Position numbers and translations under genes: made by a program | Shown here: in pieces, positions 1-8,595 of the stretch | How positions within the stretch are numbered: the stretch's first letter is position 1 | Layout: the number at the start of each line of letters is the position of its first letter | Assembly (NCBI GenBank): GCA_022014175.1 | Contig: JAKLLR010000001.1 | Span: 1-52,434, forward strand | Length of the DNA stretch: 52,434 bases | Direction: 5' to 3' | Source of the DNA: Gammaproteobacteria bacterium | Lineage (GTDB): Bacteria > Pseudomonadota > Gammaproteobacteria > Immundisolibacterales > JAKLLR01 | The notes under the pieces: generated by a model | What the model saw: only the letters and a program-made list of their open reading frames with translations | Told to the model about the DNA's origin: nothing | Databases searched by the model: none

Positions 1-478
1 CCGCAGCATCGATGCCAGTTGCCAGCCCGCTGGTGATTACAATCCCTGTCACCGCCAGTTGTGCAGCGATCTCCCTCGCAAAGGCGACGCCGGAGGCTGT
101 CGCGTTGCGGCTACCGACAATGGCCAGTTGGGGACGAGAGAGCAGTGCCACATCGCCGTTTACGAAAATGACCGGGGGGGGATCATGGATTTCGAGTAAC
201 AGCGAAGGGTAGTCGGGGTGACCTCGATGTAGCAGCGTTCGACCCGGCTGCTGGTCCAGCCAGTTCAGGTCCTGTTGGATCTGTTGGAGGTTGGGGCCCG
301 TGATGATCTGGTCGACGGCATTTTGGGGGATCTGGGGGATCTCCTCGAGGGCCGACCGGGTGGCGCTAAACACGGCCTCGGCGGACTCGAAGCGACTCAG
401 TAGCCGGTTCAGGGTGAGGCTGCCGATCCCTGGCACTCTCAGCAGGGCCAGGGTCAGTCTGGCCTCCCGGGAGGCCAT
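1..478 (-). CDS. dprA: DNA-processing protein DprA (Smf). N-terminal ~159 codons only; the 3' end runs off the left window edge.
   Basis: I translated the minus strand from the ATG at 478: MASREARLTLALLRVPGIGSLTLNRLL...PQLAIVGSRNATASGVAFAREIA...VITSGLATGIDAA. This is the typical DprA N-terminal domain and the start of the Rossmann-like fold. It is absent from the ORF track because there is no stop codon in the window. An alternative GTG start lies at 511. The gene sits downstream of the LysM gene, as in Pseudomonas. Confidence 0.85.
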   Translation of the reverse strand, partial: MASREARLTLALLRVPGIGSLTLNRLLSRFESAEAVFSATRSALEEIPQIPQNAVDQIITGPNLQQIQQDLNWLDQQPGRTLLHRGHPDYPSLLLEIHDPPPVIFVNGDVALLSRPQLAIVGSRNATASGVAFAREIAAQLAVTGIVITSGLATGIDAA

Positions 479-531
479 GGATGATTCGGGCTGGCCTATG
501 TCTGATGCCACGCCGCTGGAGTCTCCCCGGT

Positions 532-1542
532 TCAGGGGGTTCTGGCAATATCCCCCAAATGGATAGAACGAGTAGATGACAGAACCAGAGCAAAGCTGAC
601 CCGCTCAAATGAACGGAAGACCATCACGACCCCTGCCCGCTCGTTTGGCAGCCCGACCCACTCTCCGGTCACGATATCCTTGCTTGGTTGACCTTTTTGA
701 TCAACCACCAGCACATGGTTGATTTCAAGACCATCTCGCTGACCCTTGTTCAGGACCACGATGTCCAGGGTGCCGATCTGGCTGAGCCGATCTATGCCGC
801 GGATGATGCGGGCGTCAATCTCGACCTCAGGTGCCATGGGTGTGTAGTAGGGCAGTACGGGGCTCTCGTCTCGGGGCAGCAGTACATCCGCTGCCATCAC
901 TTCCCGATTGGTCTTCTCGGCGAACAGGGTTGCCGGGTCGCCTTTGCGGACAATCTGACCGGAGCCGATGTGCAGGGCTTCGTAACCGAGAGTCTCGCCA
1001 CTTTCCGGGTCGATATAGGGACCACCGTAGCGGTAGATGTTGTAGTCCCGAATGGCTTGATCGATATTGCGGACATAGACCTTGTCGCCAGCGCCTGTGA
1101 CAATATGCTCGTCCGCGCCCTGCAGGACATAGGCGTAGTTGGCGATATCGGGGTCATTCAGCACCATGGCATGGTTGAGAAACTGCTGGATGGCATTAAG
1201 CGGGATGATCGGGATGGCATCATCCAGCCCTTTTTCCCGGATCCGGGGACCTTCCGGGCCTGATCCCTCAACCATAAGCATCGGACCATCCGGGCCCCAG
1301 CGCAGTACAATCACGTCACCCGGATAGATGAGATGGGGGTTATCAACCTGGGGGTTGATCTTCCAGACCTTGGGCCAGAGCCAGGGGTCCCTCAGGAATC
1401 GGCCGGTGATATCCCAGAGGGTATCGCCTTTGACCACCACATAGCGTTCCGGGTGGTCGGGGTTGAGCTCAATGACATCCGCCTGGGCAACGGCGCTAAG
1501 GCAGAACAAGGCAAAGGCCAGACGGGCAAATATCTTGATCAT
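532..1542 (-). CDS. Secreted LysM peptidoglycan-binding protein. TsaP-like by position next to dprA and def.
   Basis: 336-aa ORF with a signal peptide (MIKIFARLAFALFCLSAVAQA). LysM motif: YVVVKGDTLWDITGRFLRDPWLWPKVWKINPQVDNPHLIYPGDVI. Its position between dprA and def matches the P. aeruginosa PA0020 (TsaP) neighbourhood. Confidence 0.8.
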   Translation of the reverse strand: MIKIFARLAFALFCLSAVAQADVIELNPDHPERYVVVKGDTLWDITGRFLRDPWLWPKVWKINPQVDNPHLIYPGDVIVLRWGPDGPMLMVEGSGPEGPRIREKGLDDAIPIIPLNAIQQFLNHAMVLNDPDIANYAYVLQGADEHIVTGAGDKVYVRNIDQAIRDYNIYRYGGPYIDPESGETLGYEALHIGSGQIVRKGDPATLFAEKTNREVMAADVLLPRDESPVLPYYTPMAPEVEIDARIIRGIDRLSQIGTLDIVVLNKGQRDGLEINHVLVVDQKGQPSKDIVTGEWVGLPNERAGVVMVFRSFERVSFALVLSSTRSIHLGDIARTP

Positions 1543-1655
1543 GGAAAATCCCGGTCGCTACAATGAGTCGAGTTCGATAATTAAATTGCGCATGCTAATT
1601 TATATAGTTATTTGAACAATTTACAGTACAAACAGAATAAATTGCTTAAACAGAT
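1543..1655. promoter_or_regulatory. AT-rich divergent intergenic region. Presumed promoters for the LysM-dprA genes and the def-fmt-trk genes.
   Basis: 113 nt that is strikingly AT-rich (…gataattaaattgcgcatgctaatttatatagttatttgaacaatttacagtacaaacagaataaattgcttaaacagat) in an otherwise ~60% GC window. It contains TATAGT-like and TTGAAC-like hexamers. I cannot fix exact promoter positions. Confidence 0.4.
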
Positions 1656-2105
1656 ATGTCTACAAAGCCGCTGGTCTACTATCCCTCGCCGAATCTGAAC
1701 CAAGCCTCTGTTGCCGTTGTGCAGGTCGATGGTGACGTTCGTGCCCTGGTCAAGGATCTCGCCGAGACCATGTACGCCAATTCCGGTATTGCCCTCTCAG
1801 CGCCCCAGATCGGCGACCGTCGGCGGGTGGTTGTACTGGATGTGAGCGAGAGCCGAAACTCCTTACTGGTCCTGGTGAACCCGGAGATTGTGACCCGTTT
1901 TGGCCAACAGCAGATGCACGAAAGCTGTTTGTCGATCCCCGGGGTGTATGAGGAGGTGCAACGGGCGGACCGGATCGAAGTGCAAGCCAGCGACCGTCGT
2001 GGTGCGCCGCTCTATTTCAAGGCGTCAGGACTGCTGTCGTCCGTGATTCAGCATGAAATAGACCATCTGGACGGCATCCTGTTTGTGGATCGGGTGGAGG
2101 CTTAG
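1656..2105 (+). CDS. def: Peptide deformylase paralog. Short (149 aa) and motif-divergent.
   Basis: PDF motifs are present but altered: GIALSAPQ (canonical GIGLAAPQ), ESCLS (canonical EGCLS) and an intact QHEIDH. The protein ends right after motif 3 (FVDRVEA). No purine-rich SD precedes the ATG. Confidence 0.75.
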   Translation: MSTKPLVYYPSPNLNQASVAVVQVDGDVRALVKDLAETMYANSGIALSAPQIGDRRRVVVLDVSESRNSLLVLVNPEIVTRFGQQQMHESCLSIPGVYEEVQRADRIEVQASDRRGAPLYFKASGLLSSVIQHEIDHLDGILFVDRVEA

Positions 2106-2110
2106 TCGGG

Positions 2111-2635
2111 GTGGCGCTGCTGGAGGTTCTGCACTACCCGGATCCTCGCCTGCAGGTTTCTGCGCGACCGGTTGGGCAGGTAGACGACGGGATCCGGCAG
2201 TTGCTGGATGACATGGCGGAGACCATGTATCACTACGAGGGCATCGGGCTGGCTGCGGTCCAGGTCGGGGTGGCACAGCAGATGGTCGTGGTGGATTGCA
2301 GTGAAAACGGAAACGACTTGCTGCAGTTGATTAACCCGCAGGTGTTGGGGGCATCTGGGTCCGCTACGGTGACCGAGGGGTGTCTTTCGTTGCCGGGGCT
2401 GTATGAAGAGGTCACTCGGGCCGAAACCGTGAGGGTCGCCGCGCTGGACCGGTTTGGCCAGAGGCTTGAGCGCAGCTTCAGCGGCTTGGCCGCAGTCTGT
2501 CTCCAGCATGAGATCGATCACCTGTCTGGCCGCCTGTTCGTTGAGCGATTATCTCGACTCAAGCAGCAGCGGCTACTGAAAAAATTTATCAAGCAGCAGC
2601 GGGAAACCGAGCGAGCGGGATCCCTCTCAATTTGA
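2111..2635 (+). CDS. def: Peptide deformylase (canonical copy)
   Basis: 174 aa with a GTG start. Motifs GIGLAAVQ, EGCLSLPG and QHEIDHL are present, followed by the basic C-terminal helix (LSRLKQQRLLKKFIKQQRE). GGAGG lies ~10 nt upstream. Confidence 0.92.
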   Translation: MALLEVLHYPDPRLQVSARPVGQVDDGIRQLLDDMAETMYHYEGIGLAAVQVGVAQQMVVVDCSENGNDLLQLINPQVLGASGSATVTEGCLSLPGLYEEVTRAETVRVAALDRFGQRLERSFSGLAAVCLQHEIDHLSGRLFVERLSRLKQQRLLKKFIKQQRETERAGSLSI

Positions 2636-3609
2636 ATATTCTGTTTGCAGGCACCTCCGATTTTGCCGCGGTTGTGCTGGCAGCGTTGTTGCGGGCCAGC
2701 AGCGACCTGGTGGGTGTCTACACCCGGCCGGATCGCCCCTCCGGGCGTGGTCGAAAGCTGCAGGTCAGTCCGGTTAAGGCCCTGGCTGAAAGCCATGGAA
2801 TTGCCCTTGAGCAGCCGCCCAGCTTCGGGGATAGTTGTGTGGTCCACCGCCTGCGGGCCTACAAGCCTGATCTGATGATTGTGGTCGCCTATGGTCAGAT
2901 CTTGCCCGCAGAGGTGCTGGCGATACCTCGCCTTGGCTGCGTTAACCTGCACGCCTCTCTGCTACCCCGGTGGCGCGGTGCGGCGCCCATTCAGCGGGCT
3001 TTGCTTGCAGGAGACCAGGAGACCGGTGTGTGTCTGATGCAGATGGAACCTGGCCTGGACACCGGCCCGGTACTGGCCCGCCGCTGCTGTGCCATTGCTC
3101 AGCATGATACGTCTGCCACCCTGCATGATCGACTGGCGGAGCTGGCCGGGGCGCTGCTGGTGGATAACCTGGATGGACTGCTGGCGGGTCAGCTCGTTCC
3201 GGAGGCGCAGGGGGAAGAGGGCATGACCTATGCGGGCAAGCTACGCAAAGACGAAGCCCCTCTGGATTGGTCCCGCCCGGCCACGGAGATTGTCCGTGCG
3301 ATCCGGGCTTTCAACCCCTGGCCAGTGGCCGAGACTCATTGGCGTGGCGGGCGTTTACGGCTCTGGGCCGGGGTCGAATGCGCCACCATCGGGGCCGATG
3401 ATGGTAGCGCCCCTGGCACCGTCATTGCGCTGGGTCGTGACGGCATCAGGGTGGTCTGCGGCAGTGGTGCGGTCTTGATTGAGACGGTTCAGGCCGATGG
3501 CGGCAGGGCGATGCCGGCGTCGTCGTTCCTGAACGCCAATGACATGCAGGTCGGCGATCAGCTCGGTCCCCCTATGGCCGTGGCAAAAACCCAGGAAGCG
3601 GGCGTCTAG
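2632..3609 (+). CDS. fmt: Methionyl-tRNA formyltransferase
   Basis: 325 aa, MNILFAGTSDFAAVVLAALL…VNLHASLLPRWRGAAPIQRAL (formyltransferase HxSLLPxxRG motif). The TTG start overlaps the def stop (TTGA). Confidence 0.93.
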   Translation: MNILFAGTSDFAAVVLAALLRASSDLVGVYTRPDRPSGRGRKLQVSPVKALAESHGIALEQPPSFGDSCVVHRLRAYKPDLMIVVAYGQILPAEVLAIPRLGCVNLHASLLPRWRGAAPIQRALLAGDQETGVCLMQMEPGLDTGPVLARRCCAIAQHDTSATLHDRLAELAGALLVDNLDGLLAGQLVPEAQGEEGMTYAGKLRKDEAPLDWSRPATEIVRAIRAFNPWPVAETHWRGGRLRLWAGVECATIGADDGSAPGTVIALGRDGIRVVCGSGAVLIETVQADGGRAMPASSFLNANDMQVGDQLGPPMAVAKTQEAGV

Positions 3610-3612
3610 ATT

Positions 3613-4980
3613 ATGAAAATAGTGGTTCTCGGTGCGGGGCAGGTGGGCTCAACAGTGGCCGAAATCCTGGCCGGAGAAGAGAATGATATTACCGTTGTGG
3701 ATATCGATGCGGAGGCGGTGACAGGTCTGCAGGAGCGGCTCGATATTCGCACGGTCGTAGGGCATGGAGCCCACCCGGAAGTGTTGCTCGGCGCCGGCGT
3801 GCGGGAGGCGGATATACTGCTGGCAGTCACCAGCAATGATGAAATCAACATGGTGGCCTGTCAGGTCGCCTGCAGTCTCTTCAATGTGCCGACCAAGATC
3901 GCCCGCATCCGCGATCCAGCCTATCTGAAATATCCCCAGATGTTCGCTCAGGACGCCCTGCCTGTGGATGTTTTGATCAGCCCCGAACAACTGGTCACCC
4001 TCTATATTGAGAAGCTGATTCAGTATCCGGGTGCGTTGCAGGTGCTGGATTTTGCCAACGGTCGGGTACAGCTGGTGGCGGTCCGAGCCCACCGGGGGGG
4101 GCCGTTGGTGGGGCATGAACTGCGGGCTCTGCGGGAGCACATGCCGTCGATTGATGCCAGGGTGGCGGCGATCTACCGCCGTGGCGACGCGGTGATGCCG
4201 AACGGCGATACCGTTCTTGAAGCGGACGATGAGGTTTTCTTCATCGCTGCGAGTAAAGACATCCGGGCGGTTATGAGTGAGCTGATGAAGCTGGAGCGAC
4301 CGGTTCAGCGGGTCATAATTGCCGGTGGTGGCAATATTGGCCGGCGTCTGGCGCTGGCGCTGGAGGACCGCTATAACGTCAAAATTATAGAAAAGATGAC
4401 GATCCCAGCCCAGCAGCTTTCGGAACAGCTCAGCAACACTCTGGTGCTGAAGGGAGATGTTGCGGACGAGGAGTTGCTGCTGTCCGAGAATATTGGCCAT
4501 ACGGATGTGTTTGTCGCGGTGACCAATGATGAAGAGGCAAACATCTTGTCGTCGCTGCTGGCGAAACGTCTTGGTGCCCGACGGGTGATGGCCCTGATCA
4601 ATCGGGCGGCTTACGTTGATCTGCTGCAGAGCGGTGAAATCGACGTGGCCATTTCACCCAAGCAGGCGACGATCAGCTCGCTGCTGGCCCATGTTCGTCA
4701 TGGTGATGTGGTGGAGGTTCACTCGTTGCGTCGGGGTGCCGCAGAGGCGATAGAGGCGGTGGCTCACGGTGATCCCACCACCTCACGGGTGGTGGGGCGG
4801 ACGCTGGAACAGATCAGATTGCCCTCGGGGGCCACCATTGGAGCAGTGGTGCGCAACGATGAGGTGTTGATGGGCCACCATGACCTGCTGATTGTGGCTG
4901 ATGACCATGTGATCATCTTTCTCACCGACAAGCGGCAGATTCCCGAGATTGAGCGTCTTTTCGAAGTTCGGGCCCCATAG
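3613..4980 (+). CDS. trkA: Trk potassium uptake system, NAD-binding protein TrkA
   Basis: 455 aa with two RCK/KTN repeats: MKIVVLGAGQVGSTVAEIL… and a second Rossmann repeat, VIIAGGGNIGRRLALAL. Confidence 0.93.
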   Translation: MKIVVLGAGQVGSTVAEILAGEENDITVVDIDAEAVTGLQERLDIRTVVGHGAHPEVLLGAGVREADILLAVTSNDEINMVACQVACSLFNVPTKIARIRDPAYLKYPQMFAQDALPVDVLISPEQLVTLYIEKLIQYPGALQVLDFANGRVQLVAVRAHRGGPLVGHELRALREHMPSIDARVAAIYRRGDAVMPNGDTVLEADDEVFFIAASKDIRAVMSELMKLERPVQRVIIAGGGNIGRRLALALEDRYNVKIIEKMTIPAQQLSEQLSNTLVLKGDVADEELLLSENIGHTDVFVAVTNDEEANILSSLLAKRLGARRVMALINRAAYVDLLQSGEIDVAISPKQATISSLLAHVRHGDVVEVHSLRRGAAEAIEAVAHGDPTTSRVVGRTLEQIRLPSGATIGAVVRNDEVLMGHHDLLIVADDHVIIFLTDKRQIPEIERLFEVRAP

Positions 4981-4989
4981 CGAATAAAA

Positions 4990-6459
4990 ATGAGACGCGG
5001 AGCTGTTGTGCAGCTGAAGGTGATTCAGAAAGTATTCGGCATGTTGCTGATGTTGTTCAGTACCAGCATGCTGCCGCCGCTGCTGGTCAGCCTGGCCTAT
5101 GCGGACGGGGTTCACCGCTCCTTTGCGATTGCGTATGGGGTGACGTTGATCATCGGCGGCTTGTTGTGGTTCCCGGTGCGCCATCGCCAGGCGGAGCTGC
5201 AGGTCCGAGACGGTTTCTTGGTCGTCGCACTGTTCTGGGTGGTGTTGGGGCTGTCGGGAGCCCTGCCATTTGCGCTCTCCCCCGAGCTCAGTATGAGCGT
5301 GACGGATTCTGTGTTTGAGTCACTGTCAGGCCTTACTACCACCGGCGCGACGGTGATGGAGGGTCTTGATGACCTGCCCAGGTCGATCGCCTATTACCGT
5401 CAGCAGTTGCAGTGGCTGGGTGGTATGGGAGTCATCGTCCTAGCGGTGGCGATTCTGCCGATGCTTGGTATTGGCGGCATGCAGCTCTACAAGGCCGAGA
5501 CCCCTGGCCCAGTTAAAAACAGTCGGCTGACCGCCCGTATTACCGAGACGGCGAAGGCCCTCTGGTACATCTACGTCGGCCTGACGGTCGCCTGTGCGCT
5601 GGCCTACTGGGCTGCTGGCATGACCCTGTTCGATGCGGTCGCGCACAGCTTTTCGACGGTCTCTACCGGCGGGTTTTCCACCCACGATGCTTCCATGGCG
5701 TTTTTTGACAGCCCTTTGATCGAAGCCATCTGCGTCATTTTCATGGTGCTGGCGGGGGTCAACTTCTCCCTTCATTTCATGGCGATTCGGACAGCGACTC
5801 TGCAACCCTATCGGCATGATGCGGAGTTCCGGGCCTACCTGGCGATGCTGCTGGTGATCTCGGTGATCTGTGTCTGTTATCTGCTGCTGATTGATAGTAA
5901 CCGCGGTCTGGACTCTGCGATTCGCCGAGGGGTCTTCCAGGTGGTGTCTATTGCTACGACGACAGGTTTCACTACCGATGCGTACCATCTCTGGCCGGGT
6001 GCCCTGCCGATTATGCTGCTGCTGCTCAGCTTTGTCGGGGGCTGCGGCGGATCTACCGCTGGTGGCATGAAAGTCATCCGGGTGCTGCTGGTCTACAAGC
6101 AGGCGGTGCGAGAGGTGGTGCAGCTGGTTCACCCCCACGCGATTGTGCCGGTGAGGGTCGGGCGGGAGGTCCTGTCGGATCGCATGATCCAGTCGGTCTG
6201 GGGATTTTTTGGCCTCTATGTGATTAGTTTCTCGGCTATCTATATGCTGCTTGCGATCAGCGAGCCGGATCTGATCACCGCCTTTTCCGCAGTTGCCGCC
6301 TGCATGAATAATCTGGGTCCCGGGCTTGGAGAGGTCGGGACCACTTTTGCAACAGTTTCCGATATGGGCAAATGGTTGCTCTGTTTCGCTATGCTGCTGG
6401 GGCGGCTGGAGGTCTTTACGCTACTGGTGCTGTTCTCCCGGGCCTTCTGGCGGAACTGA
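4990..6459 (+). CDS. trkH: Trk potassium uptake system, membrane protein TrkH
   Basis: 489-aa polytopic membrane protein with repeated selectivity-filter-like TTTG, TGGF and STAGG motifs (LSGLTTTGATV, STVSTGGFST, IATTTGFTT, GGSTAGGMKV). An alternative GTG start lies at 5008. Confidence 0.9.
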   Translation: MRRGAVVQLKVIQKVFGMLLMLFSTSMLPPLLVSLAYADGVHRSFAIAYGVTLIIGGLLWFPVRHRQAELQVRDGFLVVALFWVVLGLSGALPFALSPELSMSVTDSVFESLSGLTTTGATVMEGLDDLPRSIAYYRQQLQWLGGMGVIVLAVAILPMLGIGGMQLYKAETPGPVKNSRLTARITETAKALWYIYVGLTVACALAYWAAGMTLFDAVAHSFSTVSTGGFSTHDASMAFFDSPLIEAICVIFMVLAGVNFSLHFMAIRTATLQPYRHDAEFRAYLAMLLVISVICVCYLLLIDSNRGLDSAIRRGVFQVVSIATTTGFTTDAYHLWPGALPIMLLLLSFVGGCGGSTAGGMKVIRVLLVYKQAVREVVQLVHPHAIVPVRVGREVLSDRMIQSVWGFFGLYVISFSAIYMLLAISEPDLITAFSAVAACMNNLGPGLGEVGTTFATVSDMGKWLLCFAMLLGRLEVFTLLVLFSRAFWRN

Positions 6460-6460
6460 G

Positions 6461-6985
6461 GTGGTGGCCGCAGAGGTTCTCAGCTGGAATGCACACCTGC
6501 TGCCGACCACCGGCCGGGCGCTGGATTTTGCCTGTGGTCGTGGTGGCAACGCGCTGTTTCTGGCGAAACGGGGTCTGGATGTCGAAGCCTGGGATCTGAA
6601 CCCGGAGGCCCTGGCATTACTGGATGAGGCGAGTGCTCGACTAGGGCTGGCGGTGGTGACTCAGCGCCGAGATGTGGAACAAAATCCACCAGCAGCCGAC
6701 TCTTTTGCGGTGATCTGCGTCAGCCATTTTCTCTATCGGCCGATCTGCGCAGCCCTGGTTGCTGCGCTAAAACCGGGTGGTCTGCTGTTTTACCAGACCT
6801 TCACGGATGCGCGGCTGCCAGAGAGCGGTGGACCCCGGCGAAGCGAATACCGTTTGCAGCCGAATGAGTTGCTGAAGTTGTTCAGCCCCCTGCAGCTGAT
6901 CAGCTATCGCGAGGAGGGGCTGGTAGGGGACCTGGCTAAAGGGTGGCGTAACAAGGCGCTCCTGGTGGGGCAAAAAAGGGCCTGA
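6461..6985 (+). CDS. Class I SAM-dependent methyltransferase (TehB-like size)
   Basis: SAM-binding motif I: RALDFACGRGGNALFLAKRGLDVEAWD. The track ORF (start 6326) overlaps trkH. The GTG at 6461 lies 1 nt after the trkH TGA and has GAGG upstream, so it is the more plausible start. Confidence 0.7.
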   Translation: MVAAEVLSWNAHLLPTTGRALDFACGRGGNALFLAKRGLDVEAWDLNPEALALLDEASARLGLAVVTQRRDVEQNPPAADSFAVICVSHFLYRPICAALVAALKPGGLLFYQTFTDARLPESGGPRRSEYRLQPNELLKLFSPLQLISYREEGLVGDLAKGWRNKALLVGQKRA

Positions 6986-6999
6986 TTCCGTTTTTCAGA

Positions 7000-7692
7000 T
7001 CACTGTTTGAGGTGGTCAGCCAAAAACCGGGTGGTGCGTTGCCACGCAAGATCCGCCGCAGCGGGGTCGTAAGTTGACCTGGCATCACAGTTAAAGCCAT
7101 GTTCCGCGTCGTAGGTGTAGATCTCGCACTGCTTTAGCTCCGTGCTGGCGTCCCGGATTTTCTGCACATGGTCCGCAGGCACAAAATCATCCCGATCAGC
7201 AAAATGAAACTGGATCGGGCAGCTGACGGTGTCGCACTGCCCGGCGAAATTTCCCACCCCACCGGGATAATAGGCCACCACCGCATCCGGTGAGGATCGT
7301 GCGGCGTTGAGAAAGGCGAGCTGCCCGCCAAGGCAGAAGCCTATGAGCCCAGCTTTTCCCCCGGTACGTTGCCGCAGAAACTCAAGGCAGCCGTTGATGT
7401 CGTTGACAGCCTGTTGCCGATCCAGCCCCCGCAGTAGCTCAAAACCCCGGTCAAAACCGGCCTCATCGTAGTCGAGCTGCACCCCCCCTTCGAGCCGGTG
7501 AAAAATATCCGGGGCCAGCACCGCATAACCTGCGGCGGCCAGTCTCTCGGCGATTAAGCGGATATGGCGATTGACCCCGAAAATCTCCTGCACCACCACC
7601 ACCCCGGCGGTTGCGTGCTCTGGCTCCACGAGATAGCAGCCGATGGCGCCATCGGCGAGCGGAATCTTGACATCGGTTTTTCTGACGGACAT
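7000..7692 (-). CDS. Dienelactone hydrolase family protein
   Basis: 230 aa. GVVVVQEIFGVNRHIRLIAERLAAAGYAVLAPDIF and the nucleophile elbow LIGFCLGG are typical of DLH. Confidence 0.8.
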   Translation of the reverse strand: MSVRKTDVKIPLADGAIGCYLVEPEHATAGVVVVQEIFGVNRHIRLIAERLAAAGYAVLAPDIFHRLEGGVQLDYDEAGFDRGFELLRGLDRQQAVNDINGCLEFLRQRTGGKAGLIGFCLGGQLAFLNAARSSPDAVVAYYPGGVGNFAGQCDTVSCPIQFHFADRDDFVPADHVQKIRDASTELKQCEIYTYDAEHGFNCDARSTYDPAAADLAWQRTTRFLADHLKQ

Positions 7693-7716
7693 TAGGCAAC
7701 CCCTCTAGCGACAGCG

Positions 7717-8595
7717 TTAAAAAACGGTTGAGGCGTCGAACACCGGACCATCGACGCAAACCCGTTTCATGGCGGGGCCTGTCGGTGTCGCGACCTGCAC
7801 CACGCAGCCGGCACAGCCGCCAATGGCGCAGGCCATGTGCTCCTCCAGGGAGACCTGGCAGGGCAGGTCGAAGCCTCGGGCCAGCTCCGCCACCGCTCTG
7901 AGCATGGGTGTGGGCCCGCAGGCGTAGAGGTGGACACTCTGGCGGGCGGTTTCGTCCAGCTGTGCGAGCCAGGCCCGGGCCAGATCGGTCACCAGGCCAT
8001 CAAAACAGCCCGCGAACCCCTGTCCCGAAGCGAGTCGGGCGGGAATGCCCCAGTCGTCGAGCAGGGGCATGGTGGCGAGAACCCCTGGGGGCAGGCCATC
8101 CAGCATGAATTCTGAGGGTTTCGGCGCAAACGGGAAGGGCACTTCCGAGCCGAGGAAGAGCACCGGTCTGAAATGCGGCTCTCGTCGTAGCTCGCTGGCC
8201 AACAACAGCATCGGAGGCATACCGACACCCCCACCGATCAGAACGGGCCTGGAGCCCCGGGGGGCAGGGCTGAAACCATTACCAATGGGACCGAGCAGGG
8301 GCAATTGTTGCCCGACCTGGCGTTCGGCCAGGGCGGCGGTGCCTCGGCCAACCACTTTGTAGAGAATATCGATCCAGCCCTTTGTCTGATCCCGCAACAT
8401 GATGGAGAGGGGGCGGCGCAGGGGTAGCTCGGGGGCGCATCGGAGGTGGACGAAGCTGCCCGGGACGGCCCGCGCCGCAATCTCGGGGGCCTGCAGTCTG
8501 AGGATGTACTGTCCGCCGGCATAGGCGTCGTTGGCCAGAACCACGCCAACCGACTCTACAATTTTCGGGGGGGCCACCGTTGCGGGATCACTCAT
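7717..8595 (-). CDS. PyrK-like FAD/NAD(P)-binding oxidoreductase with a C-terminal 2Fe-2S cluster (dihydroorotate dehydrogenase electron-transfer-subunit family)
   Basis: 292 aa. Motifs: FAD motif RRPLSI, nucleotide-binding LIGGGVGMPPM, YACGPTPML, and the Cys cluster HMACAIGGCAGCVV…KRVCVDGPVF. It overlaps the upstream pyrC' by 8 nt. Confidence 0.75.
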   Translation of the reverse strand: MSDPATVAPPKIVESVGVVLANDAYAGGQYILRLQAPEIAARAVPGSFVHLRCAPELPLRRPLSIMLRDQTKGWIDILYKVVGRGTAALAERQVGQQLPLLGPIGNGFSPAPRGSRPVLIGGGVGMPPMLLLASELRREPHFRPVLFLGSEVPFPFAPKPSEFMLDGLPPGVLATMPLLDDWGIPARLASGQGFAGCFDGLVTDLARAWLAQLDETARQSVHLYACGPTPMLRAVAELARGFDLPCQVSLEEHMACAIGGCAGCVVQVATPTGPAMKRVCVDGPVFDASTVF

